The position numbers were made by a program, and so were the translations under genes. From Candidatus Eremiobacteria bacterium (GTDB taxonomy: Bacteria; Vulcanimicrobiota; Vulcanimicrobiia; Vulcanimicrobiales; Vulcanimicrobiaceae): 64,000 nt of DNA. The notes below the pieces were generated by a model. That model saw nothing but the letters and a program-made list of their open reading frames with translations, made no database searches and was not told where the DNA came from. The DNA is taken from contig CAVTRC010000001.1 in assembly GCA_963737065.1 (NCBI GenBank), positions 1,472,001-1,536,000 of the forward strand, in the 5' to 3' direction. Every line of letters starts with the position of its first letter. The stretch's first letter is position 1. Positions 19,692 to 29,154 of this stretch are shown piece after piece.

Positions 19692-21071
19692 TTACGGCAC
19701 CCCCGCGAGATACTCGACGAGAAGTGCGTACAGTGTCTCGCGCTCGTTACGTTCGGGCTGCTCCGTGACCTGCTCGAAGAGCCACTGCAACGCACGGCCG
19801 ACGCGGTAATCGCCGCGAAATCCCGGCGCTGCTAAACCGCGCTCGACCATTGCGGACATGACGTCGCCGCCATCGATCGCAAGGTCAGTTACCGAGAAGG
19901 CGGGTTTCCGTTCGACTTCGGCCCATACGCGCGCTTCGAACCGTTCGTTCGAATCGTCGCGCTTCGGCATGCCCGATCCGGCGATGTCCGCCGCGCGCAC
20001 TGCAAACTGCCGGCGCAGATCGTGTAAGCCGATCCGACGGATGAAACGGCGGACCGCGGCATCGCTGAGCTCGGGATCCTGGTTGTACATATGATGGCGT
20101 ACGAGATGGTCGACGGTCGCGACGTCATCGTTCGAGAATCTTAGCCGACTAAGCATCTCTTGCGCCATTTCGGCGCCGACGATCTCGTGCCGGTAGAAAT
20201 GGCCGTCTTCCTTCGTGCGCGGTTTCCCGATATCGTGCAGCAGGGCCGCAACACGAAGGATCGCGTCGCCGGGTGGCGTCGCATCGATCGTCTCCAGGTT
20301 GTGGCGCCAGACGTCGTATGCGTGCCACTCGTTCTGCTCGACGCCGACGCCTTCGAGCAGCTCGGGCCAAAAGTGCGCGAGGACGCCGGTTTCGGCCAAC
20401 AGGCGAAGTGCCGTCGAAGGGGCGGCCGCGTCGTGGAACACCTTCATGAGCTCATCGCGGATACGCTCGGGCGAAACCGTCTTCACCAACGGCGCCGCGG
20501 AACGCATCGCATCGAGCGTTCGGGGCGTGAGATCGTAGCCGAAGCGCGCGGCGAACTGCGCCGCGCGCAGCATGCGGAGCGGATCCTCTTCAAATGATCT
20601 CCGCGTCAGGATGTCGATGCGGCGCGCACGGATGTCCGCTTCGCCATGGTACGGATCGACCAGCACGCCGCTAGGAAGGCGGCGCGCTATCATGTTCATC
20701 CGAAAGTCCCGCCGTGCGAGGTCGTCCTCGATCGGAATCTCCGGGCCGCTTTGGACCTCGAAGTCTTTGTGGCCGCGCCCGGTCGATTTCTCGCTCCGCG
20801 GCAGCGCGACGTCGATCGTCCGCCCGTCGACGGTCAGCTTCAGCACGGCGAACGCCACTCCGACAAGGTCGACCTTCCCAAGCGGCTGAAGCCGCGCGCG
20901 CAGTTCTTCGAGCGGCACGCCGGTCACAACGTAGTCTGAATCCTTCGCCGGCGCGAGGCCGCCTTCAATCTCCGCGCGCAGTTCATCGCGGACGCGCCCA
21001 CCGACCGCGTAGAGCGAGCCGGCAGGCAAGGTGGCGATTAGCCGCTCGTCAAGGTGATGCAGTCGGTACAT
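19692..21071 (-). CDS. cca: Class II tRNA nucleotidyltransferase (CCA-adding) with HD domain
   Basis: VGGRVRD, DxD (DSD), RRDF, EDPLRMLR and LLHDIGKP motifs. Confidence 0.88.
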   Translation of the reverse strand: MYRLHHLDERLIATLPAGSLYAVGGRVRDELRAEIEGGLAPAKDSDYVVTGVPLEELRARLQPLGKVDLVGVAFAVLKLTVDGRTIDVALPRSEKSTGRGHKDFEVQSGPEIPIEDDLARRDFRMNMIARRLPSGVLVDPYHGEADIRARRIDILTRRSFEEDPLRMLRAAQFAARFGYDLTPRTLDAMRSAAPLVKTVSPERIRDELMKVFHDAAAPSTALRLLAETGVLAHFWPELLEGVGVEQNEWHAYDVWRHNLETIDATPPGDAILRVAALLHDIGKPRTKEDGHFYRHEIVGAEMAQEMLSRLRFSNDDVATVDHLVRHHMYNQDPELSDAAVRRFIRRIGLHDLRRQFAVRAADIAGSGMPKRDDSNERFEARVWAEVERKPAFSVTDLAIDGGDVMSAMVERGLAAPGFRGDYRVGRALQWLFEQVTEQPERNERETLYALLVEYLAGVP

Positions 21072-21082
21072 CCTACGGGTCG

Positions 21083-21098
21083 TGTTTCACGTTAAACG
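21083..21098. promoter_or_regulatory. parS-like site 1
   Basis: TGTTTCACGTTAAACG, 14/16 match to TGTTTCACGTGAAACA; intergenic, near parAB and oriC. Confidence 0.75.
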
Positions 21099-21118
21099 AC
21101 AATTTGTAATGGGGCGAG

Positions 21119-21134
21119 TGTTTCACGGTAAACT
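21119..21134. promoter_or_regulatory. parS-like site 2
   Basis: TGTTTCACGGTAAACT, 13/16 match; starts 36 bp from site 1. Confidence 0.65.
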
Positions 21135-21344
21135 TCTTCACTCCGCGGCCCGCTTCCGATGCGTGCGTCGGTACTGGAGCAGGCGAGGCGCGCCTCGAAC
21201 TCGCTTAGCTTTCCGACGTCTGCAACCATTTGTCGCGGTAATCGCGTGAAGTTCGGTTCGCGTAAGAAGCGCAAATCGTTCAGCGGTGAAGATTGGGCTT
21301 GCTGCGATTGAGACTCGACGTACCGGTTATATCTCGCGCTCTTC

Positions 21345-21510
21345 TAACGTGTGCCGACCAGCGGGTGTCGTGTAACGTATGCCGACCAGCGGATGTCGCG
21401 TAACATGTGCCGACCAGCGGGTGTCGCGTAACGTGTGACGACCAGCGGGTATCGCCTAACGCGGCGACCAGCGGGTGTCGCGTAATGTGTGCCGACCAGC
21501 GGGTGTCGCG
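21345..21510. repeat. Tandem array of six 28-bp units (consensus TAACGTGTGCCGACCAGCGGGTGTCGCG)
   Basis: Units start at 21345, 21373, 21401, 21429, 21457 (26 bp) and 21483; no spacers. Confidence 0.95.
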
Positions 21511-22128
21511 ACGACGTCGCCGGTTTGGCCCGGAGCTGCGGCGCGGCCAATGGACGCCAGGCGTTCGACGGGACGGATTCGTGCTCGTCGGCGGCGACAT
21601 CGAACCGGACCGCGACGGCGGCCACGATCCCGAGTCAGTGTGCGAAGCGCGCCCGGGGGCCAGACGACGCAGCGTCGTCAATGTCGGACGCAGCGTTTCA
21701 TCCACGGCTGTAGATCGTTGGGATGCCGCGGCATGCAAACTCGCCAACGTGTACCAGGGGGGTACGCTGCTCCGAACCTCGGCCACGAACTCGACCTTTC
21801 GACATGAACCGCCATCGCGTTCACACTGAATCCGGATCGGCCTCCATTGGGCCGCTCAAAGGGATCGCGCCGGCAGCACGTCACTGCATCAACGGGAGGC
21901 CGGTAGCTTGCGAAGGCGTGCTGTCATAAGACAGGCGTCGTCGAACGCGGAAAACGTCGATGCGCAAGCCATGGCTCGTGGCGTTCTGTCGCATCCCGAG
22001 CGCACGCGCATCGAAGAGCCGCTCGCGACTGCAATTCTCGCTGGCTTTCTCGCTGCGATCCGCATGCGAACCGGCTAAAACCCGAATCAGCCGCGCATGG
22101 TTCCGTGGACGCGCCGCGCGTTGAGCCG

Positions 22129-22839
22129 CTACGCCCGGGGAGCCATACAGAGCGGACGCTTCTCGGGAATTCCAACGCGGCGCGGGAAACGCTGCGGCGT
22201 GTAGCCGGTCTTCTCCACGATCACGAGCTGACGGACCAATCCCGCTTCGCCCGCGGGCGGCAGCTGCGGAACGACGCGTTCGACTCGTGCGCCGAGCATA
22301 AGCGCGGCATCTTCGAGCGCCTGGTACTCGCGTTCGTCCATCGTGCCCCGCTGAAGCACGGCGCGCCCGCCGTTGTGAATCAACGGCAGCAACAGTTCCG
22401 CGACGGTCGGCGCGGTTGAAACGGCACGCGCCGTGCCGGTGTGAAAATGCTCCCGCAAATCGACATCGTGCCCCGCAACCTCGGCTCGCCGCGCGAAGAC
22501 TGAACCCTCCAGCTGGAACTCCGACAACAGCTCTTCGAGGAAGCGCGCTTTCTTCGTCGTCGACTCGATCATCATGACGGGTACGCCGGTCACGATCGCG
22601 AGCGGGATCGCGGGCAGACCGCCGCCCGAGCCGACATCGACGAGCGATTGCGTGACGTAGCCGGCGATCGAAACGCTGTCGACGATGTGCGGAGCGAACT
22701 CAGATGCCTCTTTGGCGCCGGTCACGTTGAACTTCGCGTTTGCTGCAAGCACGCGCGCGCCGTAGCGCGCCAACCGCTCCCGATATGCTTCGGGAACCTG
22801 CCCGTCTAGGAGGGAGAGCAACGCATCGAACGCGCTCAC
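22129..22839 (-). CDS. rsmG: 16S rRNA m7G527 methyltransferase
   Basis: HIVDS, DVGSGGGLPAIPLAI, RAE, TARAV and FPRRVGIPEKRPL motifs; follows mnmG. Confidence 0.93.
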   Translation of the reverse strand: MSAFDALLSLLDGQVPEAYRERLARYGARVLAANAKFNVTGAKEASEFAPHIVDSVSIAGYVTQSLVDVGSGGGLPAIPLAIVTGVPVMMIESTTKKARFLEELLSEFQLEGSVFARRAEVAGHDVDLREHFHTGTARAVSTAPTVAELLLPLIHNGGRAVLQRGTMDEREYQALEDAALMLGARVERVVPQLPPAGEAGLVRQLVIVEKTGYTPQRFPRRVGIPEKRPLCMAPRA

Positions 22840-24677
22840 GCGCTCGCTGCGCTTCGTTCCCGATGGGCGAAAAGACGGATGATCGCGATATCGGCCGGCG
22901 TTACGCCGGGGATACGACTTGCTGCGCCGAGCGTGCGCGGCCGCCGCGCAGCGAGTTTTTCGCGTGCCTCACGAGACAGTGCCAGAATTGCGGCATAGTC
23001 CAGGGTTTCCGGGATGACGACTCGCTCGGTGCGCGCGGCTTTTTCGATGGCGAGCTCCTGACGGTGCACGTAGCCCGCAACTTTCAGTTCGATCGCGGCG
23101 CGCTCGCCGAGTTGGCCGCCCACCGGCGGGTCGAAATACCGCGCAATGTCGGCAAACGTTAGCGTGGGCCGGCGCAGTGCGTCCGCGAGCGTCGCACCCG
23201 CGTCGAAACGCTGGTCGCCGATCTGCTCGACGGTCACGCGTGTGCGCTCGGCCCGCCGCAGTACGTTGCGCAGTGCGGTTTGGCGGTCGTTGAACGCCTC
23301 CCATGCTTCATCGGAAACGAGACCGATTTCGCGGCCGATCGGCGTCAATCGCGCATCGGCGTTGTCGTGTCGCAACACGACGCGGTGTTCCGCGCGCGAC
23401 GTCAGCATGCGATACGGTTCGTCGACGCCTTTGCTCACGAGATCGTCGATTAACACGCCGATGTAGGCATCGCTTCGCCCGAGACGCAACGGTTCACGCC
23501 CTTGCAGCGTGCGCGCTGCATTCACACCCGCGATCAGGCCTTGCGCAGCAGCTTCTTCATATCCCGACGTGCCATTGAGTTGCCCGCAATGGAAGAGATT
23601 TTGCACGCGATGCGTTTCGAGCGTATCGCGCAATTCCGTCGGCGGCACCATGTCGTATTCAACCGCGTAACCCGCGCGCAACATCACGCACGATTCCAAT
23701 CCCGGTAACGTGCGTAACATTTCTATTTGCACTTCAGCCGGCAATGACGTTGAAAACCCGCCGACGTAGAGCGTTGGTTCGTTCCAGCCCTCAGGTTCGA
23801 TGAAGATCGAATGCGTCGGATTATGCGCGAACTTTACGACTTTATCTTCGATCGAAGGGCAGTAGCGCGGGCCGATGCCTTCGATCAAGTCCAACCCGTA
23901 AAGCGGCGAACGATGCAGATTATCGCGCACGAGTTTGTGCGTGCGCTCGTTCGTCTGCGTGATGTAACAATTCAATTGCGGACCGGCAAAACGCAGTTCA
24001 CTCATGTACGAAAACACGAGCGGTATGTCACTCGGCGGCTGCAATTGCATCGCGTCGTAATCAACGCTCGTCTTGTCGATGCGCGGCGGCGTTCCAGTTT
24101 TCAGACGTCGCGTCGGAAACCCCATGCGGCGAAGCGCGCGCGAGAGCCCAACCGAGGGTGCTTCACCGAAACGGCCCTCGCCTTGCACGACGTCGCCGCG
24201 GAATGTTTTGCCGCCGAGAAACGTCCCCGTCGCGAGCACCACCGCAGTCGCGGAATGACGCGTGCCGTCCGCACAGACGACGCCCCGCACGGCGCCCGCT
24301 TCGACGATTACATCCTCGACGAGGCCCTGCACGATCTCGAGGTTCGGCTGCGCGCGCAGCACGTCGAGAGCCGCATGCCCGTACGCTGGTTTATCCATCT
24401 GTTGCCGCAAGGCGCGCACTGCGGGGCCTTTGCTCTCGTTGAGAAAACGCGAATGGACGCTGCAACGATCGGCGAGGACTGCCATCGCGCCGCCGAGCGC
24501 GTCGATCTCGCGCACGAGCTGGCCCTTCGCGCTGCCGCCGATCGACGGATTGCACGGGAGCGTGCAAATTTTCTGCGGATCGCCCGTGAGCAGGACGGTC
24601 GGCACGCCAAGTCGCGCCGAAGCAAGCGCCGCTTCGACACCCGCATGACCGCCTCCAACAATGATCGCCCCGTTCAC
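22836..24677 (-). CDS. mnmG: tRNA modification enzyme MnmG/GidA
   Basis: GGGHAGVEAA, CNPSIGG, LKTGTPPR, GPRYCPSIEDK and GQLNGTSGYEEAAAQG motifs. Confidence 0.97.
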   Translation of the reverse strand: MNGAIIVGGGHAGVEAALASARLGVPTVLLTGDPQKICTLPCNPSIGGSAKGQLVREIDALGGAMAVLADRCSVHSRFLNESKGPAVRALRQQMDKPAYGHAALDVLRAQPNLEIVQGLVEDVIVEAGAVRGVVCADGTRHSATAVVLATGTFLGGKTFRGDVVQGEGRFGEAPSVGLSRALRRMGFPTRRLKTGTPPRIDKTSVDYDAMQLQPPSDIPLVFSYMSELRFAGPQLNCYITQTNERTHKLVRDNLHRSPLYGLDLIEGIGPRYCPSIEDKVVKFAHNPTHSIFIEPEGWNEPTLYVGGFSTSLPAEVQIEMLRTLPGLESCVMLRAGYAVEYDMVPPTELRDTLETHRVQNLFHCGQLNGTSGYEEAAAQGLIAGVNAARTLQGREPLRLGRSDAYIGVLIDDLVSKGVDEPYRMLTSRAEHRVVLRHDNADARLTPIGREIGLVSDEAWEAFNDRQTALRNVLRRAERTRVTVEQIGDQRFDAGATLADALRRPTLTFADIARYFDPPVGGQLGERAAIELKVAGYVHRQELAIEKAARTERVVIPETLDYAAILALSREAREKLAARRPRTLGAASRIPGVTPADIAIIRLFAHRERSAASA

Positions 24678-24697
24678 GATGTGCTAGTGTATCAGAT

Positions 24698-25036
24698 ATG
24701 GTGAGGGCGCACACCCAAACGGTCGCTACCGTCGCATTGATCGTGACCGTGCTGTCCGGCCGGGTACTCGACGAAGGCAACGGCCGCGTTCTCGAGGGCG
24801 TTCACGTTCTCGCACAGGGGCCGACGACCACCGAAGCGACGACCGATCGTGACGGCCGCTTCGCGCTCGGCAAACTCAAGCCGGGACCTTATACGGTCAC
24901 CGCGCAGTCGGACGAAGTCCCGATGCAACTGTTCCACACGACGCTCGCGCCCGCGCACACGACCTATCTCGAGATGAAAGTTTGCAGCACGCGCTATGAC
25001 GCGCACTGCGGACCGCCGCCGCGCGGCCTACCGTAA
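24698..25036 (+). CDS. Carboxypeptidase-regulatory-like (transthyretin-fold) small protein
   Basis: LSGRVLD...LEGVHV...TTDRDGRF....LKPGPYTV pattern; start uncertain. Confidence 0.7.
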   Translation: MVRAHTQTVATVALIVTVLSGRVLDEGNGRVLEGVHVLAQGPTTTEATTDRDGRFALGKLKPGPYTVTAQSDEVPMQLFHTTLAPAHTTYLEMKVCSTRYDAHCGPPPRGLP

Positions 25037-25050
25037 AGAAGACGAGAAGC

Positions 25051-25611
25051 TCAGGCCTTCCCTAACGCAGGTTCGTGTTTGGCGAAGGGCCGCAAGCGCA
25101 GCGCTAGGCCGATCATCATGACGCCGAAAACAATCGCGTACGCGCCGATGAGCCAAATGACGGTCAAAATTCCGGCGAGCGGATAGACGATCATCAAGAT
25201 GCCGAAGACGAGCGACGCAATCCCGCCCAGTATCAACAGCCACTCGTTGTGAATCTCTTTGCGCAGCCGGAACGCCGCGACGAGCTCGAAGATACCGGTC
25301 AGAATCGCCCACGCCGCAATCGTGATGTAGAGCGCAAACGCCGTTAGGCGCGGATCGAAGAAGGTTATGGCGGCGATGATAAGGCCGACGACGCCCTCGA
25401 TGATGAATGCGCCCCAGCGTTCATGCGCTTGTGCCGCGCGAATTGCCGCGACGATGGCGAAGACGCCGTCGACGAATGCATACGCGCCGAAGAGAATCAC
25501 CAGTACAGCGCCGGTCGCTCCCGGCCATGCGAATGCGAGAATACCGAAGACGATCGCGGCGATGCCGCGGATCAGGACCGCCCACCAATTACGGGCGAGG
25601 GCGTGTAGCAT
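25051..25611 (-). CDS. HdeD/DUF308 family membrane protein
   Basis: RNWW...RGIAAIVFGILAFAWP, FGAYAFVDG and AWAILTGIFEL motifs; GGAGG RBS. Confidence 0.88.
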   Translation of the reverse strand: MLHALARNWWAVLIRGIAAIVFGILAFAWPGATGAVLVILFGAYAFVDGVFAIVAAIRAAQAHERWGAFIIEGVVGLIIAAITFFDPRLTAFALYITIAAWAILTGIFELVAAFRLRKEIHNEWLLILGGIASLVFGILMIVYPLAGILTVIWLIGAYAIVFGVMMIGLALRLRPFAKHEPALGKA

Positions 25612-25620
25612 GAAGCCTCC

Positions 25621-26964
25621 TTATTTGCCGATGCAGAATCTCGCAAAGACGCCCGTGAGCACTTCCTCGGCCGCAACATCGCCGCTCACGTGTCCCAATA
25701 CAGCATACGCCTGTTGCAAATCGCTGACTATCCAGTCGGTTGCGTCGCCGCGTCGCAACGTCGCCCGCGCTTCGGTGAGCGCCGAGAGCGCGGCATTTAC
25801 GGCATCGAACTCAAAGAGCGACGCGAGATGCGGCCGCTCGAGATCCGGCACTTCACCGCCCCATCCCACGCGGGCAATCGCCGCGCGAATCGCGCGAAGC
25901 GTGCCCGGCTCGCGCACGGAACCAACGATCGCACCGCTGACGTTTGCTTCGTGCGCACCGTCTTCGCCGAGATCGGCTTTGTTGAAAAATACGACGCGTT
26001 CGCGTTCGGCTGTGGCGATCAAAAGCGCACGCGTCTCGGCATCGAGCGGTTGAGAGCCGTCGAGTACGACGAACGCAATGCGCGCCGACGTTAAGACACG
26101 GCGCGTGCGTTCGATGCCGGCGGCTTCGAGACGGTCGGCATGTTGACGAATCCCCGCGGTATCGACGAGGCGCACGCGGACGCCGTCGATTGCGATCGAC
26201 TCCTCGATCGTGTCCCGCGTCGTCCCCGGAATTTCGGAGACGATTGCGCGCTCTTCGCCGAGCAAGGCATTCAGCAAGGACGACTTCCCCGCGTTCGGTG
26301 GCCCAACGATTGCGACGGTGACGCCTTCGCGCACGAGCCGTCCGATTTCGCCGTCGTGTCGCAGTTGCTCTAGCCGCTCGAGCATCGCGCGCAGTTCGGC
26401 ATCCACGCGTGCGCGATCCGGCTCGGGCACTTCGTCCGGGAAATCGATCGCGCCGCTGCATTCTTCGACGATCGCCGTCAAGCGCGCGCGCAACGCACGA
26501 ATCTCGTTCGCCAATCCTCCGCCGAGGTTCGCGAACGCGGCACGCGCCGCGGAACGCGTCTCAGCATCGATGAGATCGGCAACGGATGAAGCGGCGTGAA
26601 GATCCATCTTTCCGTTCATGAAGGCTCGCCGCGTGAACTCGCCCGGCTCGGCCAGGCGCGCGCCGCGCGCTAGCAGCGCCCGCACGACGTCGTTTGCGAC
26701 GACGGGCGAGCCGTGCACGTGCAATTCGAGCGTGTCTTCGCCCGTGTACGAATGCGGCGCAGGCGAAAACAACACGAGCCCGCGGTCAACGGCACGATGG
26801 CGTTCGTCGACAATTTCCGCGTAGTGCGCGTAACGCGGACGCAAGGCCACGTCGGGCACGATCTGCGCGGCCAGCGCGCGTACCTCCGGCCCGCTCACGC
26901 GAACGATCGCGATTGCGCCGCGTCCGGGCGGCGTCGCGATCGCGGCAATCGTATCGACGCTCAT
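25621..26964 (-). CDS. mnmE: tRNA modification GTPase MnmE/TrmE
   Basis: DTIAAIATPPG, SYTGED, GPPNAGKSS, GTTRD, DTAG and C-terminal FCIGK. Confidence 0.97.
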   Translation of the reverse strand: MSVDTIAAIATPPGRGAIAIVRVSGPEVRALAAQIVPDVALRPRYAHYAEIVDERHRAVDRGLVLFSPAPHSYTGEDTLELHVHGSPVVANDVVRALLARGARLAEPGEFTRRAFMNGKMDLHAASSVADLIDAETRSAARAAFANLGGGLANEIRALRARLTAIVEECSGAIDFPDEVPEPDRARVDAELRAMLERLEQLRHDGEIGRLVREGVTVAIVGPPNAGKSSLLNALLGEERAIVSEIPGTTRDTIEESIAIDGVRVRLVDTAGIRQHADRLEAAGIERTRRVLTSARIAFVVLDGSQPLDAETRALLIATAERERVVFFNKADLGEDGAHEANVSGAIVGSVREPGTLRAIRAAIARVGWGGEVPDLERPHLASLFEFDAVNAALSALTEARATLRRGDATDWIVSDLQQAYAVLGHVSGDVAAEEVLTGVFARFCIGK

Positions 26965-28550
26965 TGCAGCGACCAGTCCTGCGTTTGTCCGAAGTTGTAG
27001 AGCATGTTCGGCGCGACGCCGTGCAGCGACGGATTGATCGCTTCGTATTCGGTGCGGTACACGGTAAAGACGGCCGTCACATTATCGAATATCCGCTGCT
27101 GCATGATATGGAAATCCTGCGTTCGGCGTGCCTGGTCAACGGTTCGCGCTTGATCGTAGAACGCTGCATCGTAACGCGCGTCGCACATGCGCGCCAAATT
27201 CGGTCCCGCCGGCGCGCGATTCGCGCAGATCCACGGCTCCGACGTCTCCGGGTCGAGGCCGCCGTACCAGCCGCTGGCCGCAACGTCGAACCGGCCGCCG
27301 TAATAGATGCCGCCTTGTCCCGCCGGCGCCGCCAACACGCTCGGTGCCGCCCCGCGCAGTATCGCGTTCATCCCCGCGTCGCGAAGATTCTCTTGCACGA
27401 CGGTCGCTACCGAGCGCGACATGACGTCCGCGTTGTTGAACGCGATGCGCACGTCGCCGGTGTAGCCTGCAGCGCGCACGAGCGCCCGCGCTCGCGCCGG
27501 ATCGTACGGGCGCGCAACGATCGACGCATCGTGTTCCGTAAAGACCGGCGGCACTTCCGTCGTCGCTAGCGGTGAAAGAGCGTGATAGACGGTTCGTTGC
27601 AGGGTCGCGCGATCGATCGCGTAAGCGACGGCTTCACGCATCCGACGGTCGCGCATAGCAGAGCCTTGCGTTTGCAACTCGAGCAAATCGCTTTCATTGC
27701 GCGGGACGGCGATCGCCGATACGTCAGGCAATCGCCGCACTTCTTCGACTTGAGACGCGGTAATGTCGGTGAAGTCGACCTCGTGCGCGCGCAATGCTAC
27801 GAGCGCCGCGTTTTCATCGGGAACGATCTTGACGACGAGGCGCTGGAGCTTCGGATGCTGCCACGAATACGGATTCCGCTCCATCATCACGCGATCGCCG
27901 CGACGCCACTGCGTGACGTAGAACGGCCCGGTGCCGAAGGGATGATTGTTCCACTCGGCATGACGCATGTCGGGATTGTCGTGAAACGCGTGCGCGGGAA
28001 GAATGCCGAAGATGTAGTCGCTTGCCGCGAACAGTTCGCGCGGCGCGCCCACCCACGGCGCCTTTAAATGAAACACAATCGTGTATTTATCCGGCGCATC
28101 GACCGAGGCGACGCGCAGATACGGCGCCATTTCGCTGATCGCATTGCGCGTATCCGTCGCCGCCCGAAACGTGAACACGACATCATGCGAGGTGAACTCC
28201 ACGCCGTCGGCAAACCGAACGCCGCGGCGCAAATGATACGTGATGGTCCGCGCGTCGTGCGAGATACCGCCGTTCGTCACCGTCGGAACCTCTTCGCACA
28301 GGATCGGGATCGCATGATTGCGGGGACTGATTCCGACAAGCGGTTGTGCGTAGACCTGCGTCAAGTCGATCAGGCGCTGCCCGAATGCGAGCAGCGGATT
28401 AAGCGTCCAGATGTCGCCGCGCTGCGCGATACGGACTTCACCCGGCGTACCCCAATGCGAGCTCGATCGCGTACACGCGGTCAGCAGCGCAAGCGCGCTT
28501 AGTTTAACAGCGCAAGAACAGGCAACGCGCCAAGCTGTCGACGATCGCAT
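26961..28550 (-). CDS. Peptide ABC transporter substrate-binding lipoprotein (family 5); no permease genes nearby
   Basis: Lipobox LTAC; YHLRRGVRFADG, GTGPF and REAVAYAIDR motifs. Confidence 0.88.
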   Translation of the reverse strand: MRSSTAWRVACSCAVKLSALALLTACTRSSSHWGTPGEVRIAQRGDIWTLNPLLAFGQRLIDLTQVYAQPLVGISPRNHAIPILCEEVPTVTNGGISHDARTITYHLRRGVRFADGVEFTSHDVVFTFRAATDTRNAISEMAPYLRVASVDAPDKYTIVFHLKAPWVGAPRELFAASDYIFGILPAHAFHDNPDMRHAEWNNHPFGTGPFYVTQWRRGDRVMMERNPYSWQHPKLQRLVVKIVPDENAALVALRAHEVDFTDITASQVEEVRRLPDVSAIAVPRNESDLLELQTQGSAMRDRRMREAVAYAIDRATLQRTVYHALSPLATTEVPPVFTEHDASIVARPYDPARARALVRAAGYTGDVRIAFNNADVMSRSVATVVQENLRDAGMNAILRGAAPSVLAAPAGQGGIYYGGRFDVAASGWYGGLDPETSEPWICANRAPAGPNLARMCDARYDAAFYDQARTVDQARRTQDFHIMQQRIFDNVTAVFTVYRTEYEAINPSLHGVAPNMLYNFGQTQDWSLQ

Positions 28551-28644
28551 TCACGACCAGTTGCAGCGACGCCGCGAAGAATGCCTTCATGCATATGGCG
28601 ACCCGGACGGATCGTTGACGGCGCTCGTAAGCGTGAACGAAACG

Positions 28645-29088
28645 CTAGAGCGCATTGCGCTGCGCGACGATTGCATCGTAAAGTCCTTGCGGATCGTCCG
28701 TGCCGAGTGTGACGCGGGCGCCGTCACGTTTTGTGATCTCGACGGCTTGAAATCCGCCTACATTCCAGAGCCAGCCGTGCCAGATCGTCCAGTGAATGCC
28801 CCAGCCCTCGAGCAAATTCGTCTCGGTTCCTTCGACGCTTTGGATATCCGCCAACGCAACGGACGCCGCCGGCCATCCCCACCCGAACGACCACGACACC
28901 GCGTCTGAATCAACGCGCGTCGTGAGGCGCGAAAAGATCGCGATTGCCACTGCCACGATGACGCTGCCGATCGCGAGGCCCGGCCCGGTCGAGGGTTCCG
29001 TACGCGAAAAGAAAACAAACATCGCGAGCACGACGATCGCAATCCAATACATCCACGTCGAGTGCTGCCGATGCTCGTACCGTTCCAT
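28645..29088 (-). CDS. Two-TM membrane protein with bacterial PH-like C-terminus
   Basis: Two TM segments then GWGI...W.WNVGG..AVEI...LGTDDP. Confidence 0.75.
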   Translation of the reverse strand: MERYEHRQHSTWMYWIAIVVLAMFVFFSRTEPSTGPGLAIGSVIVAVAIAIFSRLTTRVDSDAVSWSFGWGWPAASVALADIQSVEGTETNLLEGWGIHWTIWHGWLWNVGGFQAVEITKRDGARVTLGTDDPQGLYDAIVAQRNAL

Positions 29089-29154
29089 GCCGGTTCTTAC
29101 CGGGCGGCGGCGAAAAGGTTGCGTAAGAGCCGTTGCGCACGGGCGGCGTTGACG

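Noticed and set aside
21345..21510. CRISPR array
   Set aside because: Units are head-to-tail with no unique spacers and there are no cas genes in the window
21280..21829. ORFs crossing the 28-bp array
   Set aside because: Their peptide repeats come from a non-triplet period cycling through frames; no coding evidence
22241..22264. Palindromic insertion in rsmG (LPPAGEAGL)
   Set aside because: Only a 5-bp stem and no second copy seen; needs an ortholog alignment
28504..28590. 28-aa minus-strand peptide MKAFFAASLQLVVNAIVDSLARCLFLRC
   Set aside because: Overlaps the signal peptide region of the binding protein out of frame; no RBS or homology evidence
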